Source: a virus. Taken from it: 64,000 nt of DNA. The DNA lies in IMG/VR virus record IMGVR_UViG_3300045988_107973; one strand, given 5' to 3'. The translations under genes were made by a program, and so were the position numbers. Within the stretch, counting starts at the first letter, position 1, and the number at the start of each line of letters is the position of its first letter. A model generated the notes under the pieces. It worked only from the letters and a program-made list of their open reading frames with translations. It was not told where the DNA came from and searched no databases. Of this stretch, positions 46,039-55,809 are shown piece after piece.

Positions 46039-46830
46039 ATGGTAGTTAAACTGATTACACATACTCCTGACCCTGAAAAGGTGGTAGCTGCCGCTGCAAA
46101 ACTGTGTTACTCCAATTCGAGTATTCAGGATTTGATGGATGGACTGACCGATGAGAAGGTCGATGAGTTTCTGAATCGGCTTTCTAGCCTTGGTCACGCT
46201 AGTCCTACGGAGCACGCGACTTTTACTTTTGGAATTGAAGATGTGAGCCGGTCTTTACTTACCCAGATTACCCGGCATCGCATTGCGTCATTCAGTGTAC
46301 AGAGTCAGCGCTATGTGCGAATGAATAATGTAGAGGTCATCGTCCCTGACGTTATCGATGATGATAGCGAAGCAAGAGAGGTATTCAAACAGGCAATTCA
46401 GACAGCTGAATATTCATATAAGCACCTGTGTCAGATTCTTGAGGACAAGATTACTGAGGAACTAATGGTTGCTGATTCTCGTCTGACTGAGAAAAAAGCA
46501 CGCGCAAAAGCATCCAAGATTGCAAATGAGAATGCACGTTCCGTTTTGCCAAATGCTTGTTCTACGAAGATGATTGTTACAATGAACGCTCGTTCGCTGA
46601 ATAATTTCTTTAACCTGCGTTGTTGTGAGCGAGCGCAGCCGGAAATCAGGGAGCTTGCAACTGAGATGCTGAAGCTTGTTTATCCGATTGCTCCTCATCT
46701 GTTTAAGTGTGCTGGTCCCAACTGCTGTGGTAACGGTTGTACCGAAGGTATGATGTCTTGTGGTAAATCCCATGAGATTCGTGATAAATACAACAAATTG
46801 AAACAGGAGGCATTAAATGGAAACACTTGA
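46039..46830 (+). CDS. thyX: flavin-dependent thymidylate synthase ThyX
   Basis: ThyX signature RHRIASFSVQSQRYV (RHRxxSxxxxSxRY). Confidence 0.75.
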   Translation: MVVKLITHTPDPEKVVAAAAKLCYSNSSIQDLMDGLTDEKVDEFLNRLSSLGHASPTEHATFTFGIEDVSRSLLTQITRHRIASFSVQSQRYVRMNNVEVIVPDVIDDDSEAREVFKQAIQTAEYSYKHLCQILEDKITEELMVADSRLTEKKARAKASKIANENARSVLPNACSTKMIVTMNARSLNNFFNLRCCERAQPEIRELATEMLKLVYPIAPHLFKCAGPNCCGNGCTEGMMSCGKSHEIRDKYNKLKQEALNGNT

Positions 46831-47257
46831 CGAAATTAAGAAGAACGTCGAGCACCCGTCTTATTACGGCGGTGCAGACAATCCCTATGAGGCTATCAAA
46901 GTGCTGCGAGAGTGGCAACTGGACAAGGATGCTTATCTTTGGAATGTTGGTAAATATTTGAGCCGGGCAGGACACAAAGATGGCAATTCTCAACTTCAAG
47001 ATTTGACGAAGGCACGTTGGTATTTGGACTATAAAATCCGGCTTTTAGAGGAACAGCAGAAGGTTGCTGAAAGTGTCGTAGATACGCTAAAGAAGATTCC
47101 TAACGAGGTGACTGATGAGCTGACTACGATGTCGGATTACATTCCTCGTCATGCAAAGCCTGACTATACGGATGATTTGGTTTTCCGTCCAGAAATCCAT
47201 ACTCCAAACATTGAGACTGCCGTCGTTCCTGATTGTGCCGACGAGGTAAAATTTTAA
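46817..47257 (+). CDS. DUF3310-family protein (phage nucleotide-metabolism-associated)
   Basis: HPSYYGGADNPYEAIKVLREW...NVGKYLSRAGHKDG...DLTKARWYL matches the DUF3310 pattern. Often found beside thymidylate synthase genes in phages. Confidence 0.45.
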   Translation: METLDEIKKNVEHPSYYGGADNPYEAIKVLREWQLDKDAYLWNVGKYLSRAGHKDGNSQLQDLTKARWYLDYKIRLLEEQQKVAESVVDTLKKIPNEVTDELTTMSDYIPRHAKPDYTDDLVFRPEIHTPNIETAVVPDCADEVKF

Positions 47258-47385
47258 GAGGTTTACATAAATGAGATACACGAGATACAACTGGGAAGGA
47301 CCATTTGCGGCATTCGCCCTGTTTGTTACAATGTTGATTTTTGGCTTTTCCAAATTTGTTTTAAGATAATCAAGGAGAAAAATAC

Positions 47386-48909
47386 ATGAATATGATGTTT
47401 ATTGCAATTCCTGTCGTTATTGTTCTTCTGGTCGCCTTTGCATTTACTTGCTACAAGAAGGCTCCTCCTACTCAGGCAATTGTCGTAACAGGTTTTGGAC
47501 TGTCTAAGCCGAAAGTTATCTGTGGTCGTGGCGTGTTCGTCCTTCCGGTTATTCAGCGAGCTGACCGTCTGAATATGCGACTGCTCAAGATTGATGTCAA
47601 GACTCCTGAAACCGGTGTCAAGACTAAAGAGGGTGTTTCTCTGTGGCTGGACTCTGTTGTTACTGTTCAGGTTTACTCTGAAAACTCTACTGTAACTGAT
47701 GATGAGATTAAGAGCGCCGGTTGCGAGGATGCAAAGACTTACATTAGTGCTCGTCAGCAGGCTGCTATTTCCAACTTCCTGGGCATGAGTGAAGATGGAA
47801 TCAACGAGAAGATCAACGATGTCCTTCAGGGCAATCTGCGAGAGATTGTCTCTGAGATGACTGTCAACGATATCCTGACTAATCGTAAACAGATGGCAAT
47901 TTCCGTTGTTGAGAATGCTCGTCCCGATCTCGCAAAGATGGGTCTGGAAGTTGTTACTTTTAATGTTCAGGATATCAAGGATGCTATTGATGCTCAGGGT
48001 CATAATCATGGTGTCATCGAGGCAATTGGTGTTCAGCAGGAAGAGCTGGTGAAGAAGCAGGCAGAGATTGCTAAGGCTGAAGCCGCTCGTGATATTGCTC
48101 GCGCTAAGGCAGATACTGCTCGTGAATCAAATGAAAAGGAAATTGAATCTAAGACTGCTATTGCACAGCGTAACAATGAGTATCTTCTGACTCAGGCTGC
48201 TCTGAAGGCAGAGGCTGATAAGGCAAATGCTGATGCAGAAGCTGCTGGTGAGATTCAAATGAATCTGCGTGATAAGGAAATCAAGGAAGCTGAGGCTGAC
48301 GCAGCTATTGCAAAGCAGAAGAAGATGGTTGAGTTGGCCGCTCAGGAAGCAGAAGTTCGTCAGCAGAAGCTGGATGCAGAGATTCGTAAGCAGGCAGATG
48401 CTGATTTGTACAAGCGTCAGAAAGAAGCTGAAGCGAAAAAGTACGAGGCAGAACGTTTTGCAGAATCTGCGAAGTTTGCCAAGGAGCAGGAGGCTGAAGG
48501 TATTCGTATGGTCGGTATGGCCGAGGCAGATGCTATCAAGCAGAAAGGTCTTGCTGAGGCAGAAGCTATGCTAAAGAAGGCTGAGGCTTACAAGCAGTAC
48601 AATGGCGCAGCAATGGGAGAGATGATTATCAAAATTCTGCCTAGCATTGCAGAGCAGGTTGCAAAGCCTCTGGCATCTATTGACAAGGTTTCTATTATCG
48701 GCGGTAATGCTAATGGTGTTTCTGAGATTTCTGGAAATGTCCCAGCAGTCATGGCACAGACTTTTGAGGCTGTCAAGGAAGCCACCGGCATTGATATGCG
48801 AGAAATCGTCCGTGCCAATAGTTACGATGCCAAGGTTACCAAGAATGTGAATCTGGTAAGTGATTCTACTATCACTTCCGACAAAGGTGAGACCCATGAC
48901 GCAGAGTAA
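47386..48909 (+). CDS. flotillin-like SPFH/band-7 protein (N-terminal TM, SPFH domain, long EA-rich coiled coil)
   Basis: N-terminal TM IAIPVVIVLLVAFAF. SPFH-like core. About 200 aa of AEAxxxA repeats typical of FloT/YuaG-type flotillins. Confidence 0.6.
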   Translation: MNMMFIAIPVVIVLLVAFAFTCYKKAPPTQAIVVTGFGLSKPKVICGRGVFVLPVIQRADRLNMRLLKIDVKTPETGVKTKEGVSLWLDSVVTVQVYSENSTVTDDEIKSAGCEDAKTYISARQQAAISNFLGMSEDGINEKINDVLQGNLREIVSEMTVNDILTNRKQMAISVVENARPDLAKMGLEVVTFNVQDIKDAIDAQGHNHGVIEAIGVQQEELVKKQAEIAKAEAARDIARAKADTARESNEKEIESKTAIAQRNNEYLLTQAALKAEADKANADAEAAGEIQMNLRDKEIKEAEADAAIAKQKKMVELAAQEAEVRQQKLDAEIRKQADADLYKRQKEAEAKKYEAERFAESAKFAKEQEAEGIRMVGMAEADAIKQKGLAEAEAMLKKAEAYKQYNGAAMGEMIIKILPSIAEQVAKPLASIDKVSIIGGNANGVSEISGNVPAVMAQTFEAVKEATGIDMREIVRANSYDAKVTKNVNLVSDSTITSDKGETHDAE

Positions 48910-48921
48910 AGGAGTGATTGC

Positions 48922-51117
48922 ATGGAATATGTGATTAAACGTGATGGAACGAAAGTTCCTTTTGATAAAAGTAAGATTGTAAACGCGATTGAGAAGGCAA
49001 TGACGAATACGACTGGAGGAGTTGATTCTCGCGTATCTAACGCCATTGCAGACTACATCGCAGACATCCCTGATACGATGTCTGTAGAGCAGATTCAGGA
49101 TGTGGTTATTGACCAGTTGAAAAATAGCCCTCTTTCGGATGTGGCTGATGCTTATAGTCACTGGCGTATTCTTCGGCAGGAGATTCGTGAGAAGCAGCGA
49201 GCATATGGCGAAATTCTTTCCATCTGTGATGTAGATAATGAGAAGGTCAAGCAAGAGAACAGTAACAAAAATCCTGTTGTGAATAGCGTACAGCGTGACT
49301 ATATGGCTGGCGAAGTCTCCAAAGATCTGAGCTTTAATCTGCTTCTTCCAAAAGATATTGTGGATGCTCACTATGATGGTAGAATTCACTTCCACGATTC
49401 CGACTACTTTGCCCAGCATATGTTTAACTGCTCGTTAGTTAATCTGGAAGATATGTTGCAAAACGGCACTGTGATTTCTGGTACAGGAATTGACAAACCA
49501 CATAGTTTCTCTACAGCGTGCAATATTGCAACCCAGATCATTGCACAGGTTGCTTCAAATCAGTATGGTGGTCAGAGTATTACTCTGTCTCATTTGGCTC
49601 CCTTCGTGGATATCTCTCGAAAGAAGATCGCGGGTGAAGTCTATGAGGAATTTTACGACATGATTCAAAACAATGAGATTGACAAAATGCCAAATCAGGA
49701 GACTATCAATCGAATTGTAGAGAAGCGTTTACATAAAGAAATCGTTGCAGGCGTTCAGACTATTCAGTATCAGGTTATTACTTTGATGACCACCAACGGG
49801 CAGGCTCCTTTTATTACCATTTTTATGTACCTTGATGAAGTTCCTGAAGGCCAGACCCGTGATGACCTTGCAATTATCATTGAAGAAGTCCTTCGTCAGC
49901 GCATTAAAGGTGTGAAGAATGAGACTGGAGCATGGATTACTCCGGCTTTCCCAAAGTTGATTTATGTGCTGGAAGAAGACAACATTCGAGATAATTCTAA
50001 GTATTATTATCTGACTGAACTGGCAGCTAAATGTACGGCCAAGAGATTCGTACCTGACTACATTTCTGAGAAGAAGATGTTGGAGTACAAAGGTGCTTGC
50101 TACCCCTGTATGGGATGTCGCAGCTTCCTGACTCCTGATCGAACCACCGAGAATATTTCTGGTGCCATGAATTGGGAGAAGGGTCACAAGTATTATGGTC
50201 GCTTTAATGCCGGTGTTGTCACCATCAATCTGGTAGATGTTGCTTGTAGCTCTAAAAAGGATGTTTCTGAGTTTTGGAAAATTTTTGATGAGCGTCTTGA
50301 ACTATGCCATCGAGCACTTCAGATTCGGTATAAGCGATTGATGGGTACGCCTTCTGATGTGAGTCCAATTCATTTTCAGCATGGTGCAATCGCACGTTTA
50401 AAGAAGGGTGAAAAGATTGATAAGCTCCTGTTTGACGGATATGCAACTATCAGTCTTGGTTATGCTGGTCTGTACGAGTGTGTAAAATATATGACCGGCA
50501 AGAGCCACACCGACGATGAAGCAAAACCTTTTGCCCTCGAAATCATGCAGCACATGAATGACAAGTGCAATGAGTGGAAAGCCGCTGAAAATATTGATTA
50601 TAGTTTGTACGGAACACCGTTGGAATCCACTACATTCAAGTTTGCTAAGTGCTTACAGAAGAAGTTCGGTATCATTCCAGATGTAACAGACCATGATTAC
50701 ATCACCAATAGCTATCATGTCGTGGTTCGTGAGCATATTGACGCATTCAAGAAGCTGGAGTTTGAGTCTGAATTTCAGCAGCTGTCTCCCGGCGGAGCCA
50801 TCTCGTATATCGAGTGCCCTAATATGACCAACAATATTCCTGCCGTGATGAATGTTATTAAGTACATTTACGACACCATTATCTACGCAGAACTGAATAT
50901 CAAATCTGATTATTGCCAGGTCTGTGGTTACGACGGCGAGATTAAGATTGTTGAAGATAACGGTAAGCTCGTTTGGGAATGCCCGAACTGTGGTAATCGT
51001 GACCAGAATAAACTGAATGTTGCACGACGTACCTGCGGATTTATCGGCACTCAGTTCTGGAATCAGGGTCGCACTCAGGAAATTCGAGATCGAGTGGTTC
51101 ATTTGAGCGATAATTAA
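48922..51117 (+). CDS. nrdD: anaerobic ribonucleoside-triphosphate reductase NrdD (class III)
   Basis: N-terminal ATP-cone (VIKRDGTKVPFDKSKI). C-terminal zinc ribbon CQVCGY...CPNCG. Glycyl-radical motif RRTCGFIG. Confidence 0.75.
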   Translation: MEYVIKRDGTKVPFDKSKIVNAIEKAMTNTTGGVDSRVSNAIADYIADIPDTMSVEQIQDVVIDQLKNSPLSDVADAYSHWRILRQEIREKQRAYGEILSICDVDNEKVKQENSNKNPVVNSVQRDYMAGEVSKDLSFNLLLPKDIVDAHYDGRIHFHDSDYFAQHMFNCSLVNLEDMLQNGTVISGTGIDKPHSFSTACNIATQIIAQVASNQYGGQSITLSHLAPFVDISRKKIAGEVYEEFYDMIQNNEIDKMPNQETINRIVEKRLHKEIVAGVQTIQYQVITLMTTNGQAPFITIFMYLDEVPEGQTRDDLAIIIEEVLRQRIKGVKNETGAWITPAFPKLIYVLEEDNIRDNSKYYYLTELAAKCTAKRFVPDYISEKKMLEYKGACYPCMGCRSFLTPDRTTENISGAMNWEKGHKYYGRFNAGVVTINLVDVACSSKKDVSEFWKIFDERLELCHRALQIRYKRLMGTPSDVSPIHFQHGAIARLKKGEKIDKLLFDGYATISLGYAGLYECVKYMTGKSHTDDEAKPFALEIMQHMNDKCNEWKAAENIDYSLYGTPLESTTFKFAKCLQKKFGIIPDVTDHDYITNSYHVVVREHIDAFKKLEFESEFQQLSPGGAISYIECPNMTNNIPAVMNVIKYIYDTIIYAELNIKSDYCQVCGYDGEIKIVEDNGKLVWECPNCGNRDQNKLNVARRTCGFIGTQFWNQGRTQEIRDRVVHLSDN

Positions 51118-51239
51118 ATAACGTGTAAGTGGTGGGTTGGTGGGATTACATATGAAAGAAATCATTGTTTTCTTTGTGATTGTATGGGTTATCGCCTATT
51201 ACATTTTAAAAGGTAACTATAAAGATTAAGGAGATACTT

Positions 51240-52091
51240 ATGAAGAAATTTATGGCAATTTTCGTTGCATTCCTCATTGCAGTCGGTGCGGTGCTTTGTA
51301 CCGAGCGAGTACATACTGGCTATGTTGGTGTTGTTTATTCTGCAAAGGGTGTTGAGCAGCAGACTATTTCTCAGGGCTGGCATTTCATGAGTCCACTGAA
51401 GCATGTGTCTGAGTTCCCGATTACTCAGCAGCGAGTGGTATTTTCTAATGCTCCGTCCGACTATGGCGTAAAGGAACACGCAGATTGGCACATTGATGCC
51501 CCTGCTAATGGCGGTACGATTGCAATCAACCTGACTGTCAATTATAACTTCCTGCCGGAGCATGTTGTTGAACTGTACACCAAGTTTGGTGGTATGGACG
51601 GTGAGAGCCTGATGGAGAGCAAGATTCAGAACGATATTATTGCTTACGTCAAGGAAGTTACTCCTCAGTTCAGTGTCATGCAGATTTATTCCGATGATCG
51701 AGCAGGTGTGAATACTGCAATCACCAACTATCTGAATGAGAAGCTGACCGCAGAGTATGGAATCAATGTTTCCTCTGCTCTGATTGTGGATGCACAGCCT
51801 GATGATACCCTGATGCAGAAGATTCGCGCAAAGGAGCAGGCAAAGCAGGACGCAGAGATTGCAGAGCTGAATAAGCAGACCGCTCTGGCTCAGGCGGAGA
51901 CTGATAAGGTTAAGGCACAGACGGAAGCTGACGTTAAGATGATTGAAGCACAGGCCGAGGCTGATGCAAATAAGGTGCTTTCCGAGTCTATCACTCCTGA
52001 GCTGATTCAGATGAAGGAAGCAGAAGCTCGTCTGAAGCATGGTTGGGTGACTGTACAGGGTGCTGATACCGTTGTAACTAAGGGTGAGTAA
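51240..52091 (+). CDS. SPFH/band-7 domain membrane protein (HflK/C- or prohibitin-like)
   Basis: Signal/TM N-terminus. SPFH-like core (GYVGVVYS...). C-terminal coiled coil (AKEQAKQDAEIAELNKQTALAQAE). Confidence 0.55.
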   Translation: MKKFMAIFVAFLIAVGAVLCTERVHTGYVGVVYSAKGVEQQTISQGWHFMSPLKHVSEFPITQQRVVFSNAPSDYGVKEHADWHIDAPANGGTIAINLTVNYNFLPEHVVELYTKFGGMDGESLMESKIQNDIIAYVKEVTPQFSVMQIYSDDRAGVNTAITNYLNEKLTAEYGINVSSALIVDAQPDDTLMQKIRAKEQAKQDAEIAELNKQTALAQAETDKVKAQTEADVKMIEAQAEADANKVLSESITPELIQMKEAEARLKHGWVTVQGADTVVTKGE

Positions 52092-52288
52092 GTAACATCT
52101 TATTGATGGAATAAAAGCAGGGTGGGTGTGGTGGCATGAAAACATGGATGTGGAACGTATACGTCAGTTGATTCTCGAAATTATTCGAGTCATACAACAA
52201 GCGAACAATATTAGTCAAAATGAAATGGAAGATATTATTTCTGATGTTGAGTTTGATTTTTATAACGGTCGATAAAGAAAGGAGTCTT

Positions 52289-52465
52289 ATGGATTATTGG
52301 TCTGTTGAAGTAATGTACTACGATGATGGGAATCAGGCATTCAATACATATATGGTAAAGGCGCAGGATCAGAATGATGCTATAAACAAGGCGCATCATC
52401 GCTTTGAAAAGGCTCATCCTAACATGAGCTGTATGATTCAGAGCATTGAAAAGGCAGGTGGCTGA
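52289..52465 (+). CDS. hypothetical small protein
   Basis: ATG at 52289 after AAAGGAG. Confidence 0.3.
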   Translation: MDYWSVEVMYYDDGNQAFNTYMVKAQDQNDAINKAHHRFEKAHPNMSCMIQSIEKAGG

Positions 52466-52466
52466 G

Positions 52467-52817
52467 ATGGACTTCAAATGTAAGTGTGGCAGTGAATCCT
52501 TCTTTATCCAGAGTAAAGGTAGCCAGATTGGTCTGTATTGCTCTGCTTGTGGCAAGTGGCAGAAATGGCTCACTAAGAATGAAGTGAGACAGTTTGAGTA
52601 CGAGACGAATACGTTGGACTCAAAAGAAAACAATCCTGATGATGATTTTTATGAAAAATTCGCCTTAACTCCATGGGGCTGCCTACACTGTGCTTTTAGA
52701 GATTTTGGACTAGATCTCCCTGAAATACCTGGTAAGATGGCCGATACTCTTATGGAAGATTTCTTCGAGATTATGAAAAAGCACGGATTATGGAGAAAGA
52801 GTAAGAATGATTGCTAA
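52467..52817 (+). CDS. hypothetical zinc-ribbon protein
   Basis: Product contains CKCG...CSACG. Confidence 0.4.
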   Translation: MDFKCKCGSESFFIQSKGSQIGLYCSACGKWQKWLTKNEVRQFEYETNTLDSKENNPDDDFYEKFALTPWGCLHCAFRDFGLDLPEIPGKMADTLMEDFFEIMKKHGLWRKSKNDC

Positions 52818-52962
52818 ACTTTTGAAACGTCTACTCCATTGGTTCCTTCCCGAATGCAGTAGCTGTGGCGGTGTTATGCTTTACGATAACACTCATAGCT
52901 GGCATGATAAATGGCACTTTGTATGTGATACATGTGGTAGAGAAAAGTGGGGTGCTTTATGA
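52807..52962 (+). CDS. hypothetical zinc-ribbon small protein (51 aa)
   Basis: ATG after GGAGAAAGAG. Product contains CSSCG...CDTCG. Under 60 aa, so not in the ORF track. Confidence 0.3.
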   Translation: MIAKLLKRLLHWFLPECSSCGGVMLYDNTHSWHDKWHFVCDTCGREKWGAL

Positions 52963-53210
52963 GTGTTGAGTCAAAATGTCACTTCAATATTGAGCCTCTG
53001 CTTAACCCATCATATAAGGAAGTGCTCATTATCGAAACCGACAATTGGGCATCTTGTGAGATTGTAAATAAAAACACTTATTATAAAGTGGAAGGTACAA
53101 TAAGGTACGAATACCGCAATAATGAACCAAATGAAACAAAATATCTTGAGGCAAAAAAGATAAATGGAATTCCGTTGAGAAATCTTTGGATAGAAATTCA
53201 TTCACGATAA
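52959..53210 (+). CDS. hypothetical small protein
   Basis: ATGA overlap with the previous gene. Confidence 0.35.
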   Translation: MSVESKCHFNIEPLLNPSYKEVLIIETDNWASCEIVNKNTYYKVEGTIRYEYRNNEPNETKYLEAKKINGIPLRNLWIEIHSR

Positions 53211-53236
53211 AAGTGCCGTTTTAGCGAGGTAAATGT

Positions 53237-53491
53237 GTGGAAAAGAAATACGTAAAAATCTTTAAATGCCGTGGATGTGATCGCTACATCACTTTTTATG
53301 ATGTTGATTTATCTGCTGTTGAGGAATGGACTCTTTCCGAAATGTTTAAAGATGGTCGTGAACCCGCTGAAGTGTCTGGCGGTTCTAGGCTTTCTGGACA
53401 GAATAAATTCCTGCTTCATCGGTGTGATCAAGAGAAGCTTTGTGTTTGTGATTTCATTGGATGGAAAGAAATCGAGGCTAAAAATGATTAA
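53237..53491 (+). CDS. hypothetical zinc-ribbon protein
   Basis: Product contains CRGCDRY. GTG start. Confidence 0.35.
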   Translation: MEKKYVKIFKCRGCDRYITFYDVDLSAVEEWTLSEMFKDGREPAEVSGGSRLSGQNKFLLHRCDQEKLCVCDFIGWKEIEAKND

Positions 53492-53816
53492 CAATCCTTT
53501 TGCAGAAGATGGTATTGTCGCTTGCCAGAATTGTGGTAGCGGCGAATACCTTTATAACGAAGACGAGGATCGAAATAGCTACTGCGGTCAGTGTGGCACT
53601 CGAATTGACTGGCCGGAAGATGAAGACGGTTGGAAGAGTACAAATACTGACCTTCCGAAATATGGAGTACTGTGCAAGATTAAATATAAAGATGGTCGAG
53701 AAGATACGGCTGTTTTAAGTTCTTATATCGGATGGCATACTGACGGCATGTTTAATACTCTCAAGGAGCCGGATTATTGGCGATACATGACGGAGGAAGA
53801 GAAGAATGGGGCTTAA
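53484..53816 (+). CDS. hypothetical zinc-ribbon protein
   Basis: ATG at 53484. Product contains CQNCG...CGQCG. The N-terminal part of the track ORF 53271.. is an alternative frame of the upstream gene. Confidence 0.4.
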   Translation: MINNPFAEDGIVACQNCGSGEYLYNEDEDRNSYCGQCGTRIDWPEDEDGWKSTNTDLPKYGVLCKIKYKDGREDTAVLSSYIGWHTDGMFNTLKEPDYWRYMTEEEKNGA

Positions 53817-53871
53817 AAACACAAAACAGGATGCGCTTTCTAAAATTCCGCTTTTAACAGAAAGGAAGGGT

Positions 53872-54180
53872 ATGTTTAAAATTTTTAAAAATACTGCCGT
53901 ATGCATACTTCTAGCAACGATTATACTGACTGGATGTAGTACAAGGGTGAAAGACTCAGTAGGAAATGTAACTGTAGCGAATGGCTGGTTCTATCGTATC
54001 GGTGACACTCCTATGGTGTACGACAAGGATACACACATCATGTATTATTTGTTCGGAAAAGGTGCAGGCTACACAGGCTACGGCTATATGTCTCCTTATT
54101 ATAATGAGCACGGTCAGATGTGCCACTACGTTGATGGTCAGATTATTCCTATCGAGGAGGTGCTAATCGATGTGGATTGA
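53872..54180 (+). CDS. phage-encoded lipoprotein (signal peptidase II substrate)
   Basis: MFKIFKNTAVCILLATIILTGCS: hydrophobic signal plus lipobox LTGC. RBS AAAGGAAGGG. Confidence 0.5.
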   Translation: MFKIFKNTAVCILLATIILTGCSTRVKDSVGNVTVANGWFYRIGDTPMVYDKDTHIMYYLFGKGAGYTGYGYMSPYYNEHGQMCHYVDGQIIPIEEVLIDVD

Positions 54181-54358
54181 TTTTACGATTGCTGTCTTAG
54201 CAACTCTAATTATGATGGGCTGTTGCATCCGATGTGAGCAGCTTATCGTTGAAGTGTCCAAGACAAGTTTTGATGACGAAAGCACACAGAAGTTCTTTTG
54301 TGGAGTTGTGAATGTTGCTATTGTCGTGTTTGCAGCATTACAGACGTTTAAGCATTGA
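54170..54358 (+). CDS. hypothetical small membrane protein
   Basis: Two hydrophobic segments. Confidence 0.3.
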   Translation: MWIDFTIAVLATLIMMGCCIRCEQLIVEVSKTSFDDESTQKFFCGVVNVAIVVFAALQTFKH

Positions 54359-54369
54359 GGTGGTTTAAG

Positions 54370-54738
54370 ATGGCGAAATACATTCCTGAAAATGCTCGAT
54401 GGGCGGATATCACTCCTTTGCTAGATGAGATTGACAGTGGCTTAAAACATATGCGCTTTTATGACGAACAAGATGACTATTCTGATTTTCTAGCAGAAGA
54501 ACGCGAAGATCTACTGAGGCTTCCGAAAGCAGAATCTAATACGGTTCGCGCTATCGCACACTGGGATCACTGGTCATGCGATGACGAAGAAGACTTTGTA
54601 TATCATTGCTCTAACTGTAGTGAACAGTTTTACGAAGATTTCTTTTATCCTCGTGAGAATCCTTGTGTTGGTTCTGAAAAGTATAAACCTTTTAAGTATT
54701 GCCCTTATTGCGGGGCGAAAATGGAGGGCGTTAAATGA
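54370..54738 (+). CDS. hypothetical zinc-ribbon protein; paralog of the 43580..43879 product
   Basis: C-terminal AHWDHWSCDDEED...YCPYCGAKMEG. Confidence 0.4.
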   Translation: MAKYIPENARWADITPLLDEIDSGLKHMRFYDEQDDYSDFLAEEREDLLRLPKAESNTVRAIAHWDHWSCDDEEDFVYHCSNCSEQFYEDFFYPRENPCVGSEKYKPFKYCPYCGAKMEGVK

Positions 54739-55262
54739 ACTACGCTAAAATTGTTCCATGTGATATTGCGAATGGGCCAGGCGTAAGAGTCACGTTGTTC
54801 TGCGCGGGATGTAACCATCATTGCCCCGGCTGTCAGAATCCTACCACATGGGACCCGAATGGTGGTCAGCCATTCACAGATGAAATGCTTGATAAAATTG
54901 TAGATTTACTTCGACCTGATTATATTCAAGGGCTTACGCTCACTGGTGGAGATCCACTATATCCTGAGAACAGAGAAGTTGTTGAGAAAATCGTCCGTCG
55001 TGTATGGGCTGAATTTCAGGACAAAAAAGACGTTTGGCTCTGGACTGGATATAAGTGGGAAGAATTGTGGAATCAGGATGGGCTCGTAGCTGACATTCTT
55101 GCTAACATCAACGTCCTCGTAGATGGTCCTTTTATTGAAGCAGAAAAAGATATTTCACTTCCATACATGGGAAGCAAGAACCAACGAGTAATTGATATTA
55201 AATGGAGTCTTGGATATAAAGAGCCAACCCTTTGGTGGGCTCCAGAAGAGAAAGGAAAATAA
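54735..55262 (+). CDS. nrdG: anaerobic ribonucleotide reductase activating protein NrdG (radical SAM)
   Basis: Product contains CDIANGPGVRVTLFCAGCNHHCPGCQN, the CxxxCxxC cluster typical of NrdG. Confidence 0.7.
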   Translation: MNYAKIVPCDIANGPGVRVTLFCAGCNHHCPGCQNPTTWDPNGGQPFTDEMLDKIVDLLRPDYIQGLTLTGGDPLYPENREVVEKIVRRVWAEFQDKKDVWLWTGYKWEELWNQDGLVADILANINVLVDGPFIEAEKDISLPYMGSKNQRVIDIKWSLGYKEPTLWWAPEEKGK

Positions 55263-55263
55263 T

Positions 55264-55797
55264 ATGGATTTAGGAAACGCAACTACTAATCTTGGCTATG
55301 GCATGAGTCGAATGCCGTATCGCCCAAACATTAAAATCAATAAACTACACGATGATGCTCATCTTCCGACTTATGGTTCTAAAAATGCTGCTTGTGCAGA
55401 CCTGTATGCCTATATCGGTTTTGATGACGCAACGATGGTAAACAAGAATGGTGACCGTTGCATCATGATTCAGCCGGGCGAAACCGTTAAGGTATCCACT
55501 GGGCTGCGGATGGCTCCGCCGGAAGGCTGGTACGTTGCTATCTATGCTCGCAGCGGTATGGCAACCAAGCAGGGTTTGGCTCCTGCGAATAAAACAGGAA
55601 TTTGTGATCAGGATTACCGTGGGGAATACATCGTAGCACTACATAATCATTCTAATATCCCTCAAATGATTACTCACGGTGATCGCATTGCTCAGATGGC
55701 GGTTGTTCCGTTCTGGCAGGCTGATTTTGAAGAAGTTTCCGAATTGGACGAAACTGAGCGTGGCGGCGGTGGGTTTGGATCTACTGGGGTGAAGTAA
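55264..55797 (+). CDS. dut: dUTP diphosphatase (trimeric dUTPase)
   Basis: Motifs AACADLYA, ARSGMATKQGL, GICDQDYRGE, GDRIAQM and GGGGFGSTG. Confidence 0.75.
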   Translation: MDLGNATTNLGYGMSRMPYRPNIKINKLHDDAHLPTYGSKNAACADLYAYIGFDDATMVNKNGDRCIMIQPGETVKVSTGLRMAPPEGWYVAIYARSGMATKQGLAPANKTGICDQDYRGEYIVALHNHSNIPQMITHGDRIAQMAVVPFWQADFEEVSELDETERGGGGFGSTGVK

Positions 55798-55809
55798 TGG
55801 AGAGTGTAT

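Noticed and set aside
51189-52145. 318-aa minus-strand ORF, with 47326..48009 and 48571..49419 minus ORFs
   Set aside because: Antisense to SPFH/flotillin genes whose GCT/GAG-rich coiled-coil codons generate long open antisense frames. Leu/Cys-rich low-complexity translations.
53271-53483. N-terminal two-thirds of the 181-aa track ORF 53271..53816
   Set aside because: It is an alternative frame of the better-supported 53237..53491 gene and gives a hydrophobic junk translation. The real gene starts at ATG 53484 with the zinc-ribbon sequence.
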